From: Flavobacteriales bacterium
Lineage (GTDB): Bacteria > Bacteroidota > Bacteroidia > Flavobacteriales_F > PHOS-HE28
Direction of reading: 5' to 3'
Length of the DNA stretch: 64,000 bases
Assembly (NCBI GenBank): GCA_016705545.1
Contig: JADIYA010000007.1
Span: forward strand, 163,728-227,727
Shown here piece by piece: positions 1-10,068 of the stretch (position 1 is the stretch's first letter; each line of letters opens with the position of its first letter). The notes below the pieces were generated by a model. It had not been told where the DNA came from and searched no databases. It saw nothing but the letters and a program-made list of their open reading frames with translations. Both the position numbers and the translations under genes were made by a program.

Positions 1-87
1 GGCGGTGGCCGGGTCCTGTGCCAGCAGCAATCCGCTGGCGGCGATCAGGAAGGCAAGGAATAGTGTGGCGATGCGCTTGGCCATGGG
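1..87 (-). CDS. Hypothetical secreted protein, N-terminal fragment; the gene continues beyond the window start.
   Basis: The reverse complement of 1..87 reads ATG MAKRIATLFLAFLIAASGLLLAQDPATA, a signal-peptide-like N-terminus. Start codon is at 85..87. The body of the gene is outside the window. Confidence 0.35.
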
Positions 88-198
88 ATGTTTTCTTCAA
101 AAGCGCTGTTCATACGCCGCATACCTGTTAAGGTTCAGCGCTCCGGGCCGCGCCTATGTTTGCCGCGCACCGCATGGAGCGGCCCCAATCCGATCAAC

Positions 199-1317
199 AT
201 GGCCAAGAAGAAGCAAGGCAAACACAAGAACGAGGTGAAGAGCCTGCTCACCAAGGATTCACTCGCGTTCCTGGAGCGCTATCTCAACAACCCCTCGCCC
301 ACCGGCTTCGAGAGCGAAGGGCAGAAGCTCTGGCTCGAGTACATCAAGCCTTATGTGGACACGCACTTGGTGGATCCCTACGGCTCTGTGGTGGGCATCA
401 TCAATCCGGAAGCGAAATGGAAGGTGGTGATCGAGGCCCACGCCGATGAGATCAGCTGGTTCGTGCACTACATCACCAAGGAAGGCTTCATCTACGTGAA
501 GCGCAACGGCGGCAGCGACCACATGATCGCGCCCAGCATGCGGGTGAACATCCACACGGAGAAGGGCATCGTGAAGGCGGTGTTCGGATGGCCCGCGATC
601 CATGTGCGCACCGCGAAGAACGATCCGGTGCCCACCACCGAGAACATCTTCCTCGACTGCGGCTGCGACAGCAAGGAGGAGGTGGAGAAGCTCGGGGTGC
701 ATGTAGGCTGCGTGGTCACGTTCGAGGATGAATTCATGGTGCTCAACGGCCGGCACTTCACCGGGCGCGCGCTCGATAACCGGATGGGCGGCTTCACGAT
801 CGCCGAGGTGGCGCGGCTGCTGAAGGAGGAACGCGCCAAGCTGCCCTTCGGGCTCTACATCACCAACAGCGTGCAGGAGGAAGTAGGGCTGCGCGGCGCC
901 GAAATGATCGTGGAGCGCATCAAGCCTGATGTGGCCATCGTGACCGATGTGACCCACGACACGCAGACGCCCATGATGAGCAAGGTGCAGAGCGGCGATA
1001 TCGCCTGCGGCAAAGGACCGGTGCTCAGCTATGCGCCCGCCGTGCACAACAGCGTGCTCCGCCACATCGTGAAGACCGCCGAGGCCGCGAAGATCCCCTT
1101 CCAGCGCCTGGCAGCCAGTCGTGCCACCGGCACAGATACCGATGCCTTCGCTTATGGCGGCGCCGGCGTGCCCAGTGCGTTGATCAGCCTTCCGCTCAGA
1201 TACATGCACACCACCGTGGAGACCGTGAGCCGCGTGGACGTGGAGAACGTCATCCGGCTGATCCACACCAGCGTGAAGGCGCTGAAGGCTGGACAGGACC
1301 TGCGCTATTTCAAGTGA
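199..1317 (+). CDS. M42 family metallopeptidase (glutamyl aminopeptidase / CelM-like).
   Basis: The 88..1317 ORF has an internal ATG at 199 giving MAKKKQGKHKNEVKSLLTKDSLAFLERYLNNPSPTGFE...HADEISWFVHYI...DNRMGGF. This is the typical M42 (FrvX/CelM) peptidase architecture, with metal-binding His and Asp motifs. Confidence 0.8.
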   Translation: MAKKKQGKHKNEVKSLLTKDSLAFLERYLNNPSPTGFESEGQKLWLEYIKPYVDTHLVDPYGSVVGIINPEAKWKVVIEAHADEISWFVHYITKEGFIYVKRNGGSDHMIAPSMRVNIHTEKGIVKAVFGWPAIHVRTAKNDPVPTTENIFLDCGCDSKEEVEKLGVHVGCVVTFEDEFMVLNGRHFTGRALDNRMGGFTIAEVARLLKEERAKLPFGLYITNSVQEEVGLRGAEMIVERIKPDVAIVTDVTHDTQTPMMSKVQSGDIACGKGPVLSYAPAVHNSVLRHIVKTAEAAKIPFQRLAASRATGTDTDAFAYGGAGVPSALISLPLRYMHTTVETVSRVDVENVIRLIHTSVKALKAGQDLRYFK

Positions 1318-1401
1318 TGCGCCGAGGGAGCTGGTGAACGCTGACAGCGGCAGATCATTGCGAGCGGCAACGCCTTCCCCGCGAATCCGTCTTCTAGTCG
1401 T

Positions 1402-1836
1402 ATGGATATCCAACGCATCACCACTGAAGAAACCTATCCCTTGCGCCTGCTTGTGCTCCGGCCGGGCGGCGCACTGAGGGAGGTTCAGTGGCCGCACGAC
1501 AACGATGAAGCCGCATTCCACCTGGGTGCGCAGAACGGTGCCGGGTTGATCGGCGTGGGTACCTTCTACCCTGAGAAGCACAAGGGCATCAAAGGCCCGC
1601 GCCCCTTCCGCCTGCGCGGCATGGCCACGCACCCCGACCATCGTGGCCGCGGCGCCGGTGGCCTCATCGTGCGCCACGCCATCGAGGAACTGCGCAAGCT
1701 CGATTGCACGCTGCTCTGGTGCAACGCGCGGATCAAGGCCGTGCCCTTCTATGAGCGCGAAGGCTTCCAGATACATGGTGAGGCCTTCGAACTGCCGGTG
1801 ATCGGCATGCACTACGTGATGTGGAGGAAGGTGTGA
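1402..1836 (+). CDS. GNAT family N-acetyltransferase.
   Basis: A 144-aa ORF. The motif RGRGAGGLIVRHAIEELRKLDCTLLWCNARIKAVPFYEREGF is a GNAT acetyl-CoA binding motif (R/Q-x-x-G-x-G/A). Confidence 0.8.
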   Translation: MDIQRITTEETYPLRLLVLRPGGALREVQWPHDNDEAAFHLGAQNGAGLIGVGTFYPEKHKGIKGPRPFRLRGMATHPDHRGRGAGGLIVRHAIEELRKLDCTLLWCNARIKAVPFYEREGFQIHGEAFELPVIGMHYVMWRKV

Positions 1837-1977
1837 GGATCGGAGTGGACTGATTCGCTGCCGATTTCAGGTAGTGCTTTACGGGCTATGGCCGGTTCTG
1901 CATTCTGCGATGCATTCCTTCCGCTGGTGCGACAATGATCCGGTTTCGGGTTACGTGCGCAGGATTAACCTTGCGCC

Positions 1978-3375
1978 GTGAGGCCGTCCTTGAATCACCG
2001 CATCGTCCTATTCGCCCTCATCGCCTTCAATCTGGTGGTGAAGCTGCTTTGGCTGGGCATCAACGACCTCGCGCACGACGAGCCCTTCACGGTGTACTGG
2101 TCTCAGCGGCCCCTGCCGGAATTCAAGGAGATGCTGTTCGCGGAGAACAACCCGCCTCTGCATTTCCTGATCACGCGGTGGTGGAGCCAACTCGTTCCCT
2201 TCGAGGCAGCCTGGCTCAGGGTGCCCTCGGCCATGTTCAGTGCCCTGGCGGTTTGGCCGCTCTACTTCATCGGCCGAAAGCTCGGCGGTGAACGCGCGGC
2301 GCTGATCACGGCACTCCTCTTCAGCTTGAGCAACTACCATTACGGCTATGCGCATGAGGTGCGCGCTTATGCGCTGTTCACGCTGCTGGCCTGCTGCGGC
2401 GCTTGGCTCGTGGCGCGCCGCATGGGCGATGTCCACGTTGGCTGGCTCCCGCTGTTGCAACTGGCTCTGGTGAATGCCGTGATGGTTTACACGCATTATT
2501 TCGGCTGGCTGATGGTGGGCGCTCAGTGCCTCTTCATCGTGCTCGTTCCCGGCCTTCGTGCATGGCGCGGCGCATTCGCGGTGGGCACTATGATCACCGC
2601 GCTGCTCTTCGGGCCGATGCTGCTGGTGTTCCTGAAGCGGGCGGGCGAGAGCCTTGGCCAAGGCACCTGGCTCGCGTACCCTGTGCCGGAGGAGCTCTAC
2701 AATATGGTGTGGAAGTGGAGCAACGCCCCAGTGATAGCCGCTGCTTCCATCATCTTGATCGTTGCGGGCATCTCTCGTCGCCAGCGGGGCGACGCCGGCT
2801 TGCGGCTGGCCATTATCTGGGGCCTGGTCCCTTTGATAGGCCTTTTCATGCTGAGCCAGTTCAAGCCCATGTTCCTCGACCGCTACCTGGTGTTCTCCGC
2901 ACCGGGCTTCGCACTGCTGGTGGCTCTTTGCATCCAAGAATCGCGCTTACCGCAACTGGCTACCAAATTGATCGGAGCGGCTCTGGTGATTGCCATGGCC
3001 GTCACCTTCAGCCCATGGAAGAAAGGACTCTACCAGCCCTCACGCGTGGCGGCCCAAGTGGATGCTTGGTGCGCGAGCGATTGCCACTTAGAAGTGGTGC
3101 CGCCTTGGTATTGGCTCAACTTGAAAGCCGGGCAGGGCATTGCTGAGCTGCGGCTGGACCAGTCGCACCTTCTGGGCACGCGCATCCTGGTGCCTGATCC
3201 GGTGCAAGCCAGAGCGCTCGGCCCCTACGTGCTCGTGGACGCCAGTGGGAACGACGAGAGCGCATGGGTGCGCGATGCGGTGCGCCTGGCCTACGATACC
3301 ATGCAAGTGGCTGAGCCCGACCATCGCCTGCGGGTGTTCCTTTTCAACCAGAGGCGGGAATCCGTGCCGAACTGA
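1978..3375 (+). CDS. Glycosyltransferase family 39 membrane protein (ArnT/PMT-like).
   Basis: A 465-aa polytopic membrane protein. The N-terminal region DEPFTVYWSQRP...HYGYAHEVRAYALF resembles GT39 / dolichyl-phosphate-mannose mannosyltransferase-like proteins. It starts at GTG 1978 or TTG 1990. Confidence 0.65.
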   Translation: MRPSLNHRIVLFALIAFNLVVKLLWLGINDLAHDEPFTVYWSQRPLPEFKEMLFAENNPPLHFLITRWWSQLVPFEAAWLRVPSAMFSALAVWPLYFIGRKLGGERAALITALLFSLSNYHYGYAHEVRAYALFTLLACCGAWLVARRMGDVHVGWLPLLQLALVNAVMVYTHYFGWLMVGAQCLFIVLVPGLRAWRGAFAVGTMITALLFGPMLLVFLKRAGESLGQGTWLAYPVPEELYNMVWKWSNAPVIAAASIILIVAGISRRQRGDAGLRLAIIWGLVPLIGLFMLSQFKPMFLDRYLVFSAPGFALLVALCIQESRLPQLATKLIGAALVIAMAVTFSPWKKGLYQPSRVAAQVDAWCASDCHLEVVPPWYWLNLKAGQGIAELRLDQSHLLGTRILVPDPVQARALGPYVLVDASGNDESAWVRDAVRLAYDTMQVAEPDHRLRVFLFNQRRESVPN

Positions 3376-3525
3376 CCAGAGGCCTTGGGCCGGATGGTTG
3401 TTCGATGCTTCGGGCAACGGAAGGTCCTGAACAGCCGTCCAATGGCTGTGTAAACCTGGCCTTGCCATGAGGTGAGGTCAATGCTACCGGAGCCTCTACC
3501 TTTCCGCACCCAAGCCCAAGCCCTG

Positions 3526-6291
3526 ATGCTCTATCGCCCTCTGGTCCTTATAGTATCCGCCACGCTCCTCGGATTCAGCGCCTCGGCACAGGTCGTGATC
3601 AACGAAGTGAGTGCCGCCAATTGGACCGGACCAACAGACTCCTTCGGCGAGCGCGAGGATTGGATTGAATTGTTCAACAGCGGTGGCGCGGTGGCTGACT
3701 TGAGCGGCTGGTACCTGAGCGATAGCCAGAACAACAACACCAAGTACCAGATTCCACCTGGCACCACAATCGCAGCAGGTGGAAGGCTGGTGGTTTGGTG
3801 CAGTGGCCGTGGCACAACCGCCGCGCCTTTGCACACCAACTTCAAGATCACACAAGCGGCAGGCGAGCGGGCCGTGCTGAGCAATGCCTCTGGGACGATC
3901 GTCGACAATTACCAGATCATAAATACCACCCAGGCCGATCACAGTTGGGGCCGCACCACTGATGGCGCCGCCACTTGGAGCCTCTTTCTCGCTCCCACAC
4001 CGAACGCGGCCAATGCTGGCGCCAGCCCATCGTATTACGCCGCAACGCCAACCATGAGCCAGCCTTCGGGCTATCACGCCACACCCATCAATGTGGCCTT
4101 GTCGGCTGCGGGCGCCGGCATCACCATTCGCTATACCACCGATGGCAGCACGCCCACTGCAGCTAGCACGGCCTACTCGGGGCCCATCGCAATCAACACA
4201 ACAACGGTACTGCGCGCGCGTGCCTTCAGCGCCACTCCGGGCGTGCCACCGAGCTTCGTAGAGACCAACACCTACTTCATCAACACCACCCACTCCCTGC
4301 CGATCCTCAGCTGCAGCGGTGATCAGGTGACCACCCTACTCAATGGGAATGGCGGCATCGAGCCGGAGGGCATCATGGAATATTTCGGCGCTAACGGTGT
4401 GCTTCGCGACAAGACCGGATGCACCTTCGATGAGCACGGACAGGATAGCTGGGCGTACCAGCATCGCGGCTTCGACTTTGTGGCACGCGACCAGTTCGGG
4501 CAGAACGATGGCATCCATTATCCGGTTTTCCGCACCAAGGACCGCGACCATTTCCAGCGCTTGATCGTGAAGGCCTCGGCTGGAGACAACTACGACTATG
4601 GCCCAGGACAACCGGCCCATATCCGCGACCAGTACGTGCAGGCCCTCAGCCAGGTCGGGGACCTCCGCGTGGATGAGCGGAGCTATGAACCCTGCATCGT
4701 GTACATCAATGGCCAATACTGGGGCGTATACGATGTGCGGGAGAAGGTGGATGACCACGACTACACCAAATACTACTACGACCAGGACGAATACGACATC
4801 CAATTCATCAAGACCTGGGGCGGCACCTGGAGCGAGTACGGAGGCCCTCAGGCCCAAACGGATTGGGATGCCTTGGTGGCCTATATCATGGCCAACGACA
4901 TGGGTGTTCAGGCCAACTTCGATTACGTGGATAGCCAGTTCAACTGGAAGAGCCTCATCGACTACTTCTGCTTGAACAGCTACACGGTCTGCGCCGACTG
5001 GCTCAACTGGAACACTGGCTGGTGGCGCGGATCGAACCCCGCAGGGGAACACAAGAAGTGGGGCTACATCCTGTGGGACATGGACGCCACCTTTGGGCAC
5101 TATACCAACTTCACAGGCATCCCAGACCAGACCGCAAACGCCGACCCATGCGCTGTGGAGGACCTGCCCAACCCTGGTGGACAAGGGCACACGGACATCC
5201 TCGAGAAGCTGCTCGCGGAGAACGAGATGGTGCATGATTATTACATCAACCGCTACATCGATCTGGGCAACACGCTCTTCAACTGCGACTTCATGCTGCC
5301 CTTCCTGGACAGTTTGGTCGCCAACATCGCCCCGGAAATGCCGGGCCAAGTCGCGCGTTGGAACGGCACCCTCGCGGGATGGCAGAACAACGTGCAGACC
5401 CTACGCACCTTCATCGAGACCCGCTGCGTCACCATCCAGCAAGGGCTCATCGACTGCTACACGCTCGCCGGGCCTTTTCAGGTCACCTTCAATGTAGACC
5501 CACCCTTGAGCGGAGAGATTCAGGTGAACAGCATCGTTCTACCCGATTACCCATTCACGGGCACGTACTACGGCGGCATCAATACCACCTTGGCCCCAAT
5601 TCCCGAAACCGGTTGGGTCTTCAGCCATTGGGAGATTTTCGGCGCTGATGCGCTCACGCCCAGCACCACCGATTCATTGGTCCGCGTGAATTTCACCGAT
5701 GCCGACAGCATCGTGGCGCACTTCATCCCCCCTACCCGCTACGATGTGATGCTCAATGTCGTGCCCGCCAATTCCGGCAGCATCACCTTCGATGGAACCA
5801 CATACACCAGCTTCCCCACCGTGGCTTCTGTGGGCGAGGATGTCGATGTGCCGTTCAACATCAACCCTGCGCTCTATTACGACTTCCTCTATTGGGACTT
5901 CAAGAATGACACCGTGAACACTTACCTACCCGGTGATTCGCTCACCAAATCGCAGGTGGCGCGGTACCTCACTACCGACACGGTCATCGCCTACTTGAAG
6001 CCACAGGACTATGTGTTCTACATCGCGAACGCCTTCACGCCGAACGGTGATGGCTACAACGACTCCTTCAAGCCGATCATCAATGTGGTGGATCTGGCCA
6101 CCTACGAGCTGAACATCTTCGACCGTTGGGGCGGGATCATCTGGTCAAGCAATGATCCCTGGGCTGAATGGGATGGTCAGGCCAGTGGCAAGGAGGTGCC
6201 GGGTGGGGTTTACGCTTGGCAGGCCTATGCCGTGGATGCGATCAAGAAGGACCGCTACGAGCTCTTCGGGCACGTGACCATTGTCCGGTAG
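3526..6291 (+). CDS. T9SS-secreted CotH kinase-family protein with an N-terminal lamin-tail domain and a type B C-terminal sorting domain.
   Basis: Signal peptide MLYRPLVLIVSATLLGFSASAQ. Lamin-tail motif VVINEVSAANW...EDWIELFNSG...LSGWYLSD. CotH-like core YINGQYWGVYDVREK...YYYDQDEYD. C-terminal YIANAFTPNGDGYNDSFKPII...YELNIFDRWG is the gliding-motility C-terminal domain, T9SS type B. Start could instead be 3472 or 3481. Confidence 0.75.
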   Translation: MLYRPLVLIVSATLLGFSASAQVVINEVSAANWTGPTDSFGEREDWIELFNSGGAVADLSGWYLSDSQNNNTKYQIPPGTTIAAGGRLVVWCSGRGTTAAPLHTNFKITQAAGERAVLSNASGTIVDNYQIINTTQADHSWGRTTDGAATWSLFLAPTPNAANAGASPSYYAATPTMSQPSGYHATPINVALSAAGAGITIRYTTDGSTPTAASTAYSGPIAINTTTVLRARAFSATPGVPPSFVETNTYFINTTHSLPILSCSGDQVTTLLNGNGGIEPEGIMEYFGANGVLRDKTGCTFDEHGQDSWAYQHRGFDFVARDQFGQNDGIHYPVFRTKDRDHFQRLIVKASAGDNYDYGPGQPAHIRDQYVQALSQVGDLRVDERSYEPCIVYINGQYWGVYDVREKVDDHDYTKYYYDQDEYDIQFIKTWGGTWSEYGGPQAQTDWDALVAYIMANDMGVQANFDYVDSQFNWKSLIDYFCLNSYTVCADWLNWNTGWWRGSNPAGEHKKWGYILWDMDATFGHYTNFTGIPDQTANADPCAVEDLPNPGGQGHTDILEKLLAENEMVHDYYINRYIDLGNTLFNCDFMLPFLDSLVANIAPEMPGQVARWNGTLAGWQNNVQTLRTFIETRCVTIQQGLIDCYTLAGPFQVTFNVDPPLSGEIQVNSIVLPDYPFTGTYYGGINTTLAPIPETGWVFSHWEIFGADALTPSTTDSLVRVNFTDADSIVAHFIPPTRYDVMLNVVPANSGSITFDGTTYTSFPTVASVGEDVDVPFNINPALYYDFLYWDFKNDTVNTYLPGDSLTKSQVARYLTTDTVIAYLKPQDYVFYIANAFTPNGDGYNDSFKPIINVVDLATYELNIFDRWGGIIWSSNDPWAEWDGQASGKEVPGGVYAWQAYAVDAIKKDRYELFGHVTIVR

Positions 6292-6630
6292 CCGTTGCCT
6301 GTGCGCTGAATTGCGCCAAGCCGGTGCTGACCAAGGCTTCACTGAAGTCTCAAGAATCTGGATTCTAGGCCAATCTTCCTTGCGTGACACACCGTGGGTC
6401 TTGAGCAAGTGTATTGGGACTTGTGAGTTGCGTCAGTGACTAGCCCATCATGGGCCGCTAACCAGGCACAGCAATACTTCCGCGATAGTCCTTACTGTTT
6501 TCTCCATGCATCCTTTCAGGAGCGGCAAGTCGGGGCATTTGTTAATATGTTCAACTTTATTAGCGCATCACTGAACAATACTTTCTGAGCCTTGTTCTCC
6601 CGGTGTTGTCAACCTAAACCCGCAACACCG

Positions 6631-9038
6631 ATGAAACTCTTCCCTACCCTTCGAACCACCCTGATTGCCCCAAGCCTCGGCTTGGCAGTCTGGGCATCCG
6701 CGCAAACAGCGCGATTGCAAGTGATCCACAACTGCGCTGACTTGAATGCAGCCGTGGTGGATGTCTATGTGAATGGAAACTTGGCGGTGCCCGATTTCGG
6801 TTTCCGCACGGCCACTCCATTCATCGACCTCCCATCGGGGGTTGATCTGGATGTGGCCATTGCCCCGGGTAATAGCACGAGCGCCGGTGATGCCCTGTTC
6901 ACACAGACCATCAACCTTGCTGACGGAGAGACCTATATCGCCGTGGCGAGCGGCACCTTGGGCCTCGGCGGCTACAACCCTGCAACTCCATTCACCATCG
7001 AGGTCTTCAGTGGCGCACGCGAAACCGCCCAAGGTGCAGGAACCGACGTACTGGCCCTGCATGGCGCAACCGATGCCCCCACTGTAGACGTGTTCGAGAG
7101 CGCCGTGGTGAGCACTACCATCATCGGCGACTTCAGCTACAGCGACTTCGCCGGTTACCTCGAACTGCCCACGCTCGATTTCACCCTCCAAGTGCGCACG
7201 GCTGACAACAGCACCATCGTGGCTGCCTATGCCGCCCCTTTGCAGACCCTCGGCCTCCAGGGCGCTGCCCTCACCGTGCTCGCCAGCGGATTCCTGAACC
7301 CGGCGAACAACAGCAATGGACCCGCCTTCGGCCTCTGGGTGGCGCTGCCCAGCGGCGGAGCCCTCGTTGAATTGCCCGCAGCAACCATTCCCACCGCCCG
7401 TATCCAGGCCATCCACAACAGCGCCGATGCCGCTGCCAGCGAAGTGGACGTTTACCTGAATGGTGCCCTGCTCGTTGATGATTTCGCTTTCCGCACCGCC
7501 ACGCCATTCGTTGATGTGCAGGCCGGCGTCGACCTCACGCTCAGCATCGCTCCAGCCACGAGCACCAGCGTGGCCGATGCCATCGCCAATTTCAATTACA
7601 ACCTGCCTGCCGATGAGACCTTCATCCTGGTGGCCAACGGCATCGTGAGCGCGAGCGGCTACAATCCCGCTACGCCCTTCGACATCCTTGTTTTCCCGGG
7701 TGCGCGCGAAACCGCCCAAGGTGCAGGAACCGACGTACTGGCCCTGCATGGCGCAACCGATGCCCCCACTGTAGACGTGTTCGAGAGCGCCGTGGTGAGC
7801 ACTACCATCATCGACGACTTCAGCTACAGTGATTTCGCCGGTTACCTCGAACTGCCCACGCTCGATTTCACCCTCCAAGTGCGCACGGCTGACAACAGCA
7901 CCATCGTGGCTGCCTATGCAGCCCCTTTGCAGACCTCGGCCTCCAGGGCGCTGCCCTCACCGTGCTCGCCAGCGGATTCCTGAACCCGGCGAACAACAGC
8001 AATGGACCCGCCTTCGGCCTCTGGGTGGCGCTGCCCAGCGGCGGAGCCCTCGTTGAATTGCCCGCAGCAACCATTCCCACCGCCCGTATCCAGGCCATCC
8101 ACAACAGCGCCGATGCCGCTGCCAGCGAAGTGGACGTATACCTGAACGGTGCCCTGCTCGTTGATGATTTCGCTTTCCGCACCGCCACGCCATTCGTTGA
8201 TGTGCAGGCCGGCGTCGACCTCACGCTCAGCATCGCTCCAGCCACCAGCACCAGCGTGGCCGATGCCATCGCCAATTTCAACTACAACCTGCCTGCCGAT
8301 GAGACCTTCATCCTGGTGGCCAACGGCATCGTGAGCGCGAGCGGCTACAATCCGGCTACTCCTTTCGACATCTACGTGTACCAGGGTGCCCGCGAAGCTG
8401 CCCAAGGCGCAGGCACTGATGTGCTCGTGTTCCACGGCTGCACCGATGCGCCCACGGTTGACGTGTTCGAGAGCGCTGTGGTGAGCACCACCATCGTGAA
8501 TGACCTCTCCTACGGTGAGTTCGATGGCTATCTGGAACTGCCCACGCTCGATTTCACCTTGCAGGTGCAAACTGCTGACGGCACAACGACCGTGGCCTCT
8601 TACGCCGCTCCGCTTCAGACACTCGGCTTGCAAGGTGCCGCCCTCACCGTGCTCGCCAGCGGATTCCTGAACCCGGCGAACAACAGCAACGGTCCAGCCT
8701 TCGGACTCTGGGTGGCCTTGGCCAGCGGCGGTACCTTGGTGGAACTGCCCATCGCAACAAGCGTTTCGGAGCAAGGCGCGATCGCGTCTGCAACGGCATG
8801 GCCCAATCCGGCCAACGACCGGCTCACGCTTGATGTGGACGCCCTGCGCGACGCCAACCTTGAAGCGGACCTGATCGACGCTACTGGCCGCTCATCGCGA
8901 CTCTTGAGCAGCACCGCATTGAACACTGGCCGCACGCAGTTGAATGTGGACCTGAGCGGCTTGGCCAACGGAAGCTACACGCTCGTTCTGCGCAGCAACG
9001 GAGGCGCAGTGAACCTACCGGTCGTGATCGCGCGCTAA
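6631..9038 (+). CDS. DUF4397-repeat protein with a T9SS type A C-terminal domain. The frame is broken by a 1-bp deletion near 7935 (ORFs 6592..7983 and 7962..9038).
   Basis: Signal peptide MKLFPTLRTTLIAPSLGLAVWASAQ. Three roughly 228-aa repeats (IHNxADxxA..VDVYxNG...YNPATPF) typical of DUF4397. C-terminus AWPNPANDRLTLDV...YTLVLRSNGGAVNLPVVIAR is a Por-secretion tail. Copy A reads cagaccctcgg and copy B reads cagacctcgg at about 7931..7936, which gives the frameshift. Confidence 0.7.
7011..8383 (+). repeat. Intragenic tandem duplication: two nearly identical units of about 687 bp (7011..7697 and 7698..8383), followed by a diverged third unit.
   Basis: Long identical strings recur at an offset of 687 bp. 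For example, gaaaccgcccaaggtgcaggaaccgacgtactggccctgcatggcgcaaccgatgcccccactgtagacgtg occurs at 7021 and 7708. The offset becomes 686 after the 1-bp deletion at about 7935. Confidence 0.85.
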
Positions 9039-9057
9039 GCGATTCGTCCGCCATGCG

Positions 9058-9090
9058 GAAGGGCCCCCTAAGGTTTGGTGGGGGCCCTTC
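9058..9090 (+). terminator. Candidate intrinsic-terminator hairpin downstream of the DUF4397 gene.
   Basis: Perfect 11-bp inverted repeat gaagggccccc / gggggcccttc with an 11-nt loop, starting 20 bp after the stop at 9038. No clear U-tract, so this is a hairpin-only call. Confidence 0.45.
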
Positions 9091-9168
9091 CCATTTGGTG
9101 GTGAACAGAGCGCCCGCTCTAACGTTATCCACGCGTTCGTAACCACCCGTTTACATTCACCGCCGCCA

Positions 9169-10068
9169 ATGGGACCCTTCCTCATGCGATTCCAGATCCG
9201 TGATCTGGAGCAGTTCACCGGGGTGAAGGCGCACACCATCCGGGTCTGGGAGCGGCGATACGGCCTGCTGAAGCCAGACCGCACCGACACCAATATCCGC
9301 ACGTACGATATCGATGAACTGAAGACGATCCTCAATGTGGCCTACCTCAATCAGAAGGGCCATAAGATCTCCCGGATCGCCGCCATGCCCGTGGCAGAGC
9401 GCGACAGGGCCGTGCGCCAAGCCGCCTTAGAGGACCATGGGGCCTTGGGCATCCTCAACACGTTGGTGATGGCGATGCTCTCATTCGATGAGCCGCTGTT
9501 CGATGGCACCTGCGATGCCTATGCCGCGCAGCATGGCTTCCGTGCGCTCGTTGAGGACGTGCTCGTGAAGCTTCTGGAACGCATCGGGCTGCTTTGGCAG
9601 AGCAATACGATCTGCCCGGCTCAGGAGCACTTCGTGAGCAATCTGGTGCGGCAACGACTCATCACCGAGACAGCGAAGCTCCCGTTGAGCAATAGCCATT
9701 CGATTGACGTGCTGTACCTGCCGGAGGACGAGATCCATGAACTGGGCCTACTCTACGTGAATTACCTCCTCCGCTCCGCTGGAAATCGGACCATCTATTT
9801 GGGCCAGAGCGTCCCTGGCGACGACCTGCGACAAGTAGCGAGCCTTTACAATGGCCCCATCCGATTCATCACGCTGGTCGTGGTTCGGCCAACGGCCGAT
9901 GATGCGCCTGCTTACTTGAACGCGCTGCGCGCCAGCATGCACGACCCACGGATCACGTTCATGGCTGCTGGCATGCCCCTGCGTGGGATCGAGGCCTCCG
10001 CGGTGCCGGAAGGCATGCAGCTCTTTCCGGATCTGGCAACGCTCATTGCAACGGTGGCTCCTCGCTAA
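9169..10068 (+). CDS. MerR family transcriptional regulator with a C-terminal domain that may be B12-binding-like (CarH/LitR-type).
   Basis: N-terminal MerR HTH: IRDLEQFTGVKAHTIRVWERRYGLLKPDRTDTNIRTYDIDEL. C-terminal roughly 130 aa: VLYLPEDEIHELGLLYVNYLLRSAGNRTIYLGQSVPGDDL, with an E/DxHxxG-like motif that resembles cobalamin-binding domains. Start could instead be Met6 at 9184. Confidence 0.75.
   Translation: MGPFLMRFQIRDLEQFTGVKAHTIRVWERRYGLLKPDRTDTNIRTYDIDELKTILNVAYLNQKGHKISRIAAMPVAERDRAVRQAALEDHGALGILNTLVMAMLSFDEPLFDGTCDAYAAQHGFRALVEDVLVKLLERIGLLWQSNTICPAQEHFVSNLVRQRLITETAKLPLSNSHSIDVLYLPEDEIHELGLLYVNYLLRSAGNRTIYLGQSVPGDDLRQVASLYNGPIRFITLVVVRPTADDAPAYLNALRASMHDPRITFMAAGMPLRGIEASAVPEGMQLFPDLATLIATVAPR

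Noticed and set aside
259-1812. A 517-aa ORF on the minus strand, and similar long antisense ORFs at 2008..2937, 28109..29647, 36124..38187, 45192..46556 and 59356..60630.
   Set aside because: They lie opposite well-supported genes and have Ala/Gly/Arg/His-rich low-complexity translations with no recognisable motifs. They are typical high-GC antisense open frames.
6568-8774. Minus-strand ORFs 6568..7878 and 7914..8774, and the many 73-aa minus ORFs across 22297..25190.
   Set aside because: They are mirror images of the repeat units on the coding strand. Their periodic ORFs arise from repeat structure, not from genes.
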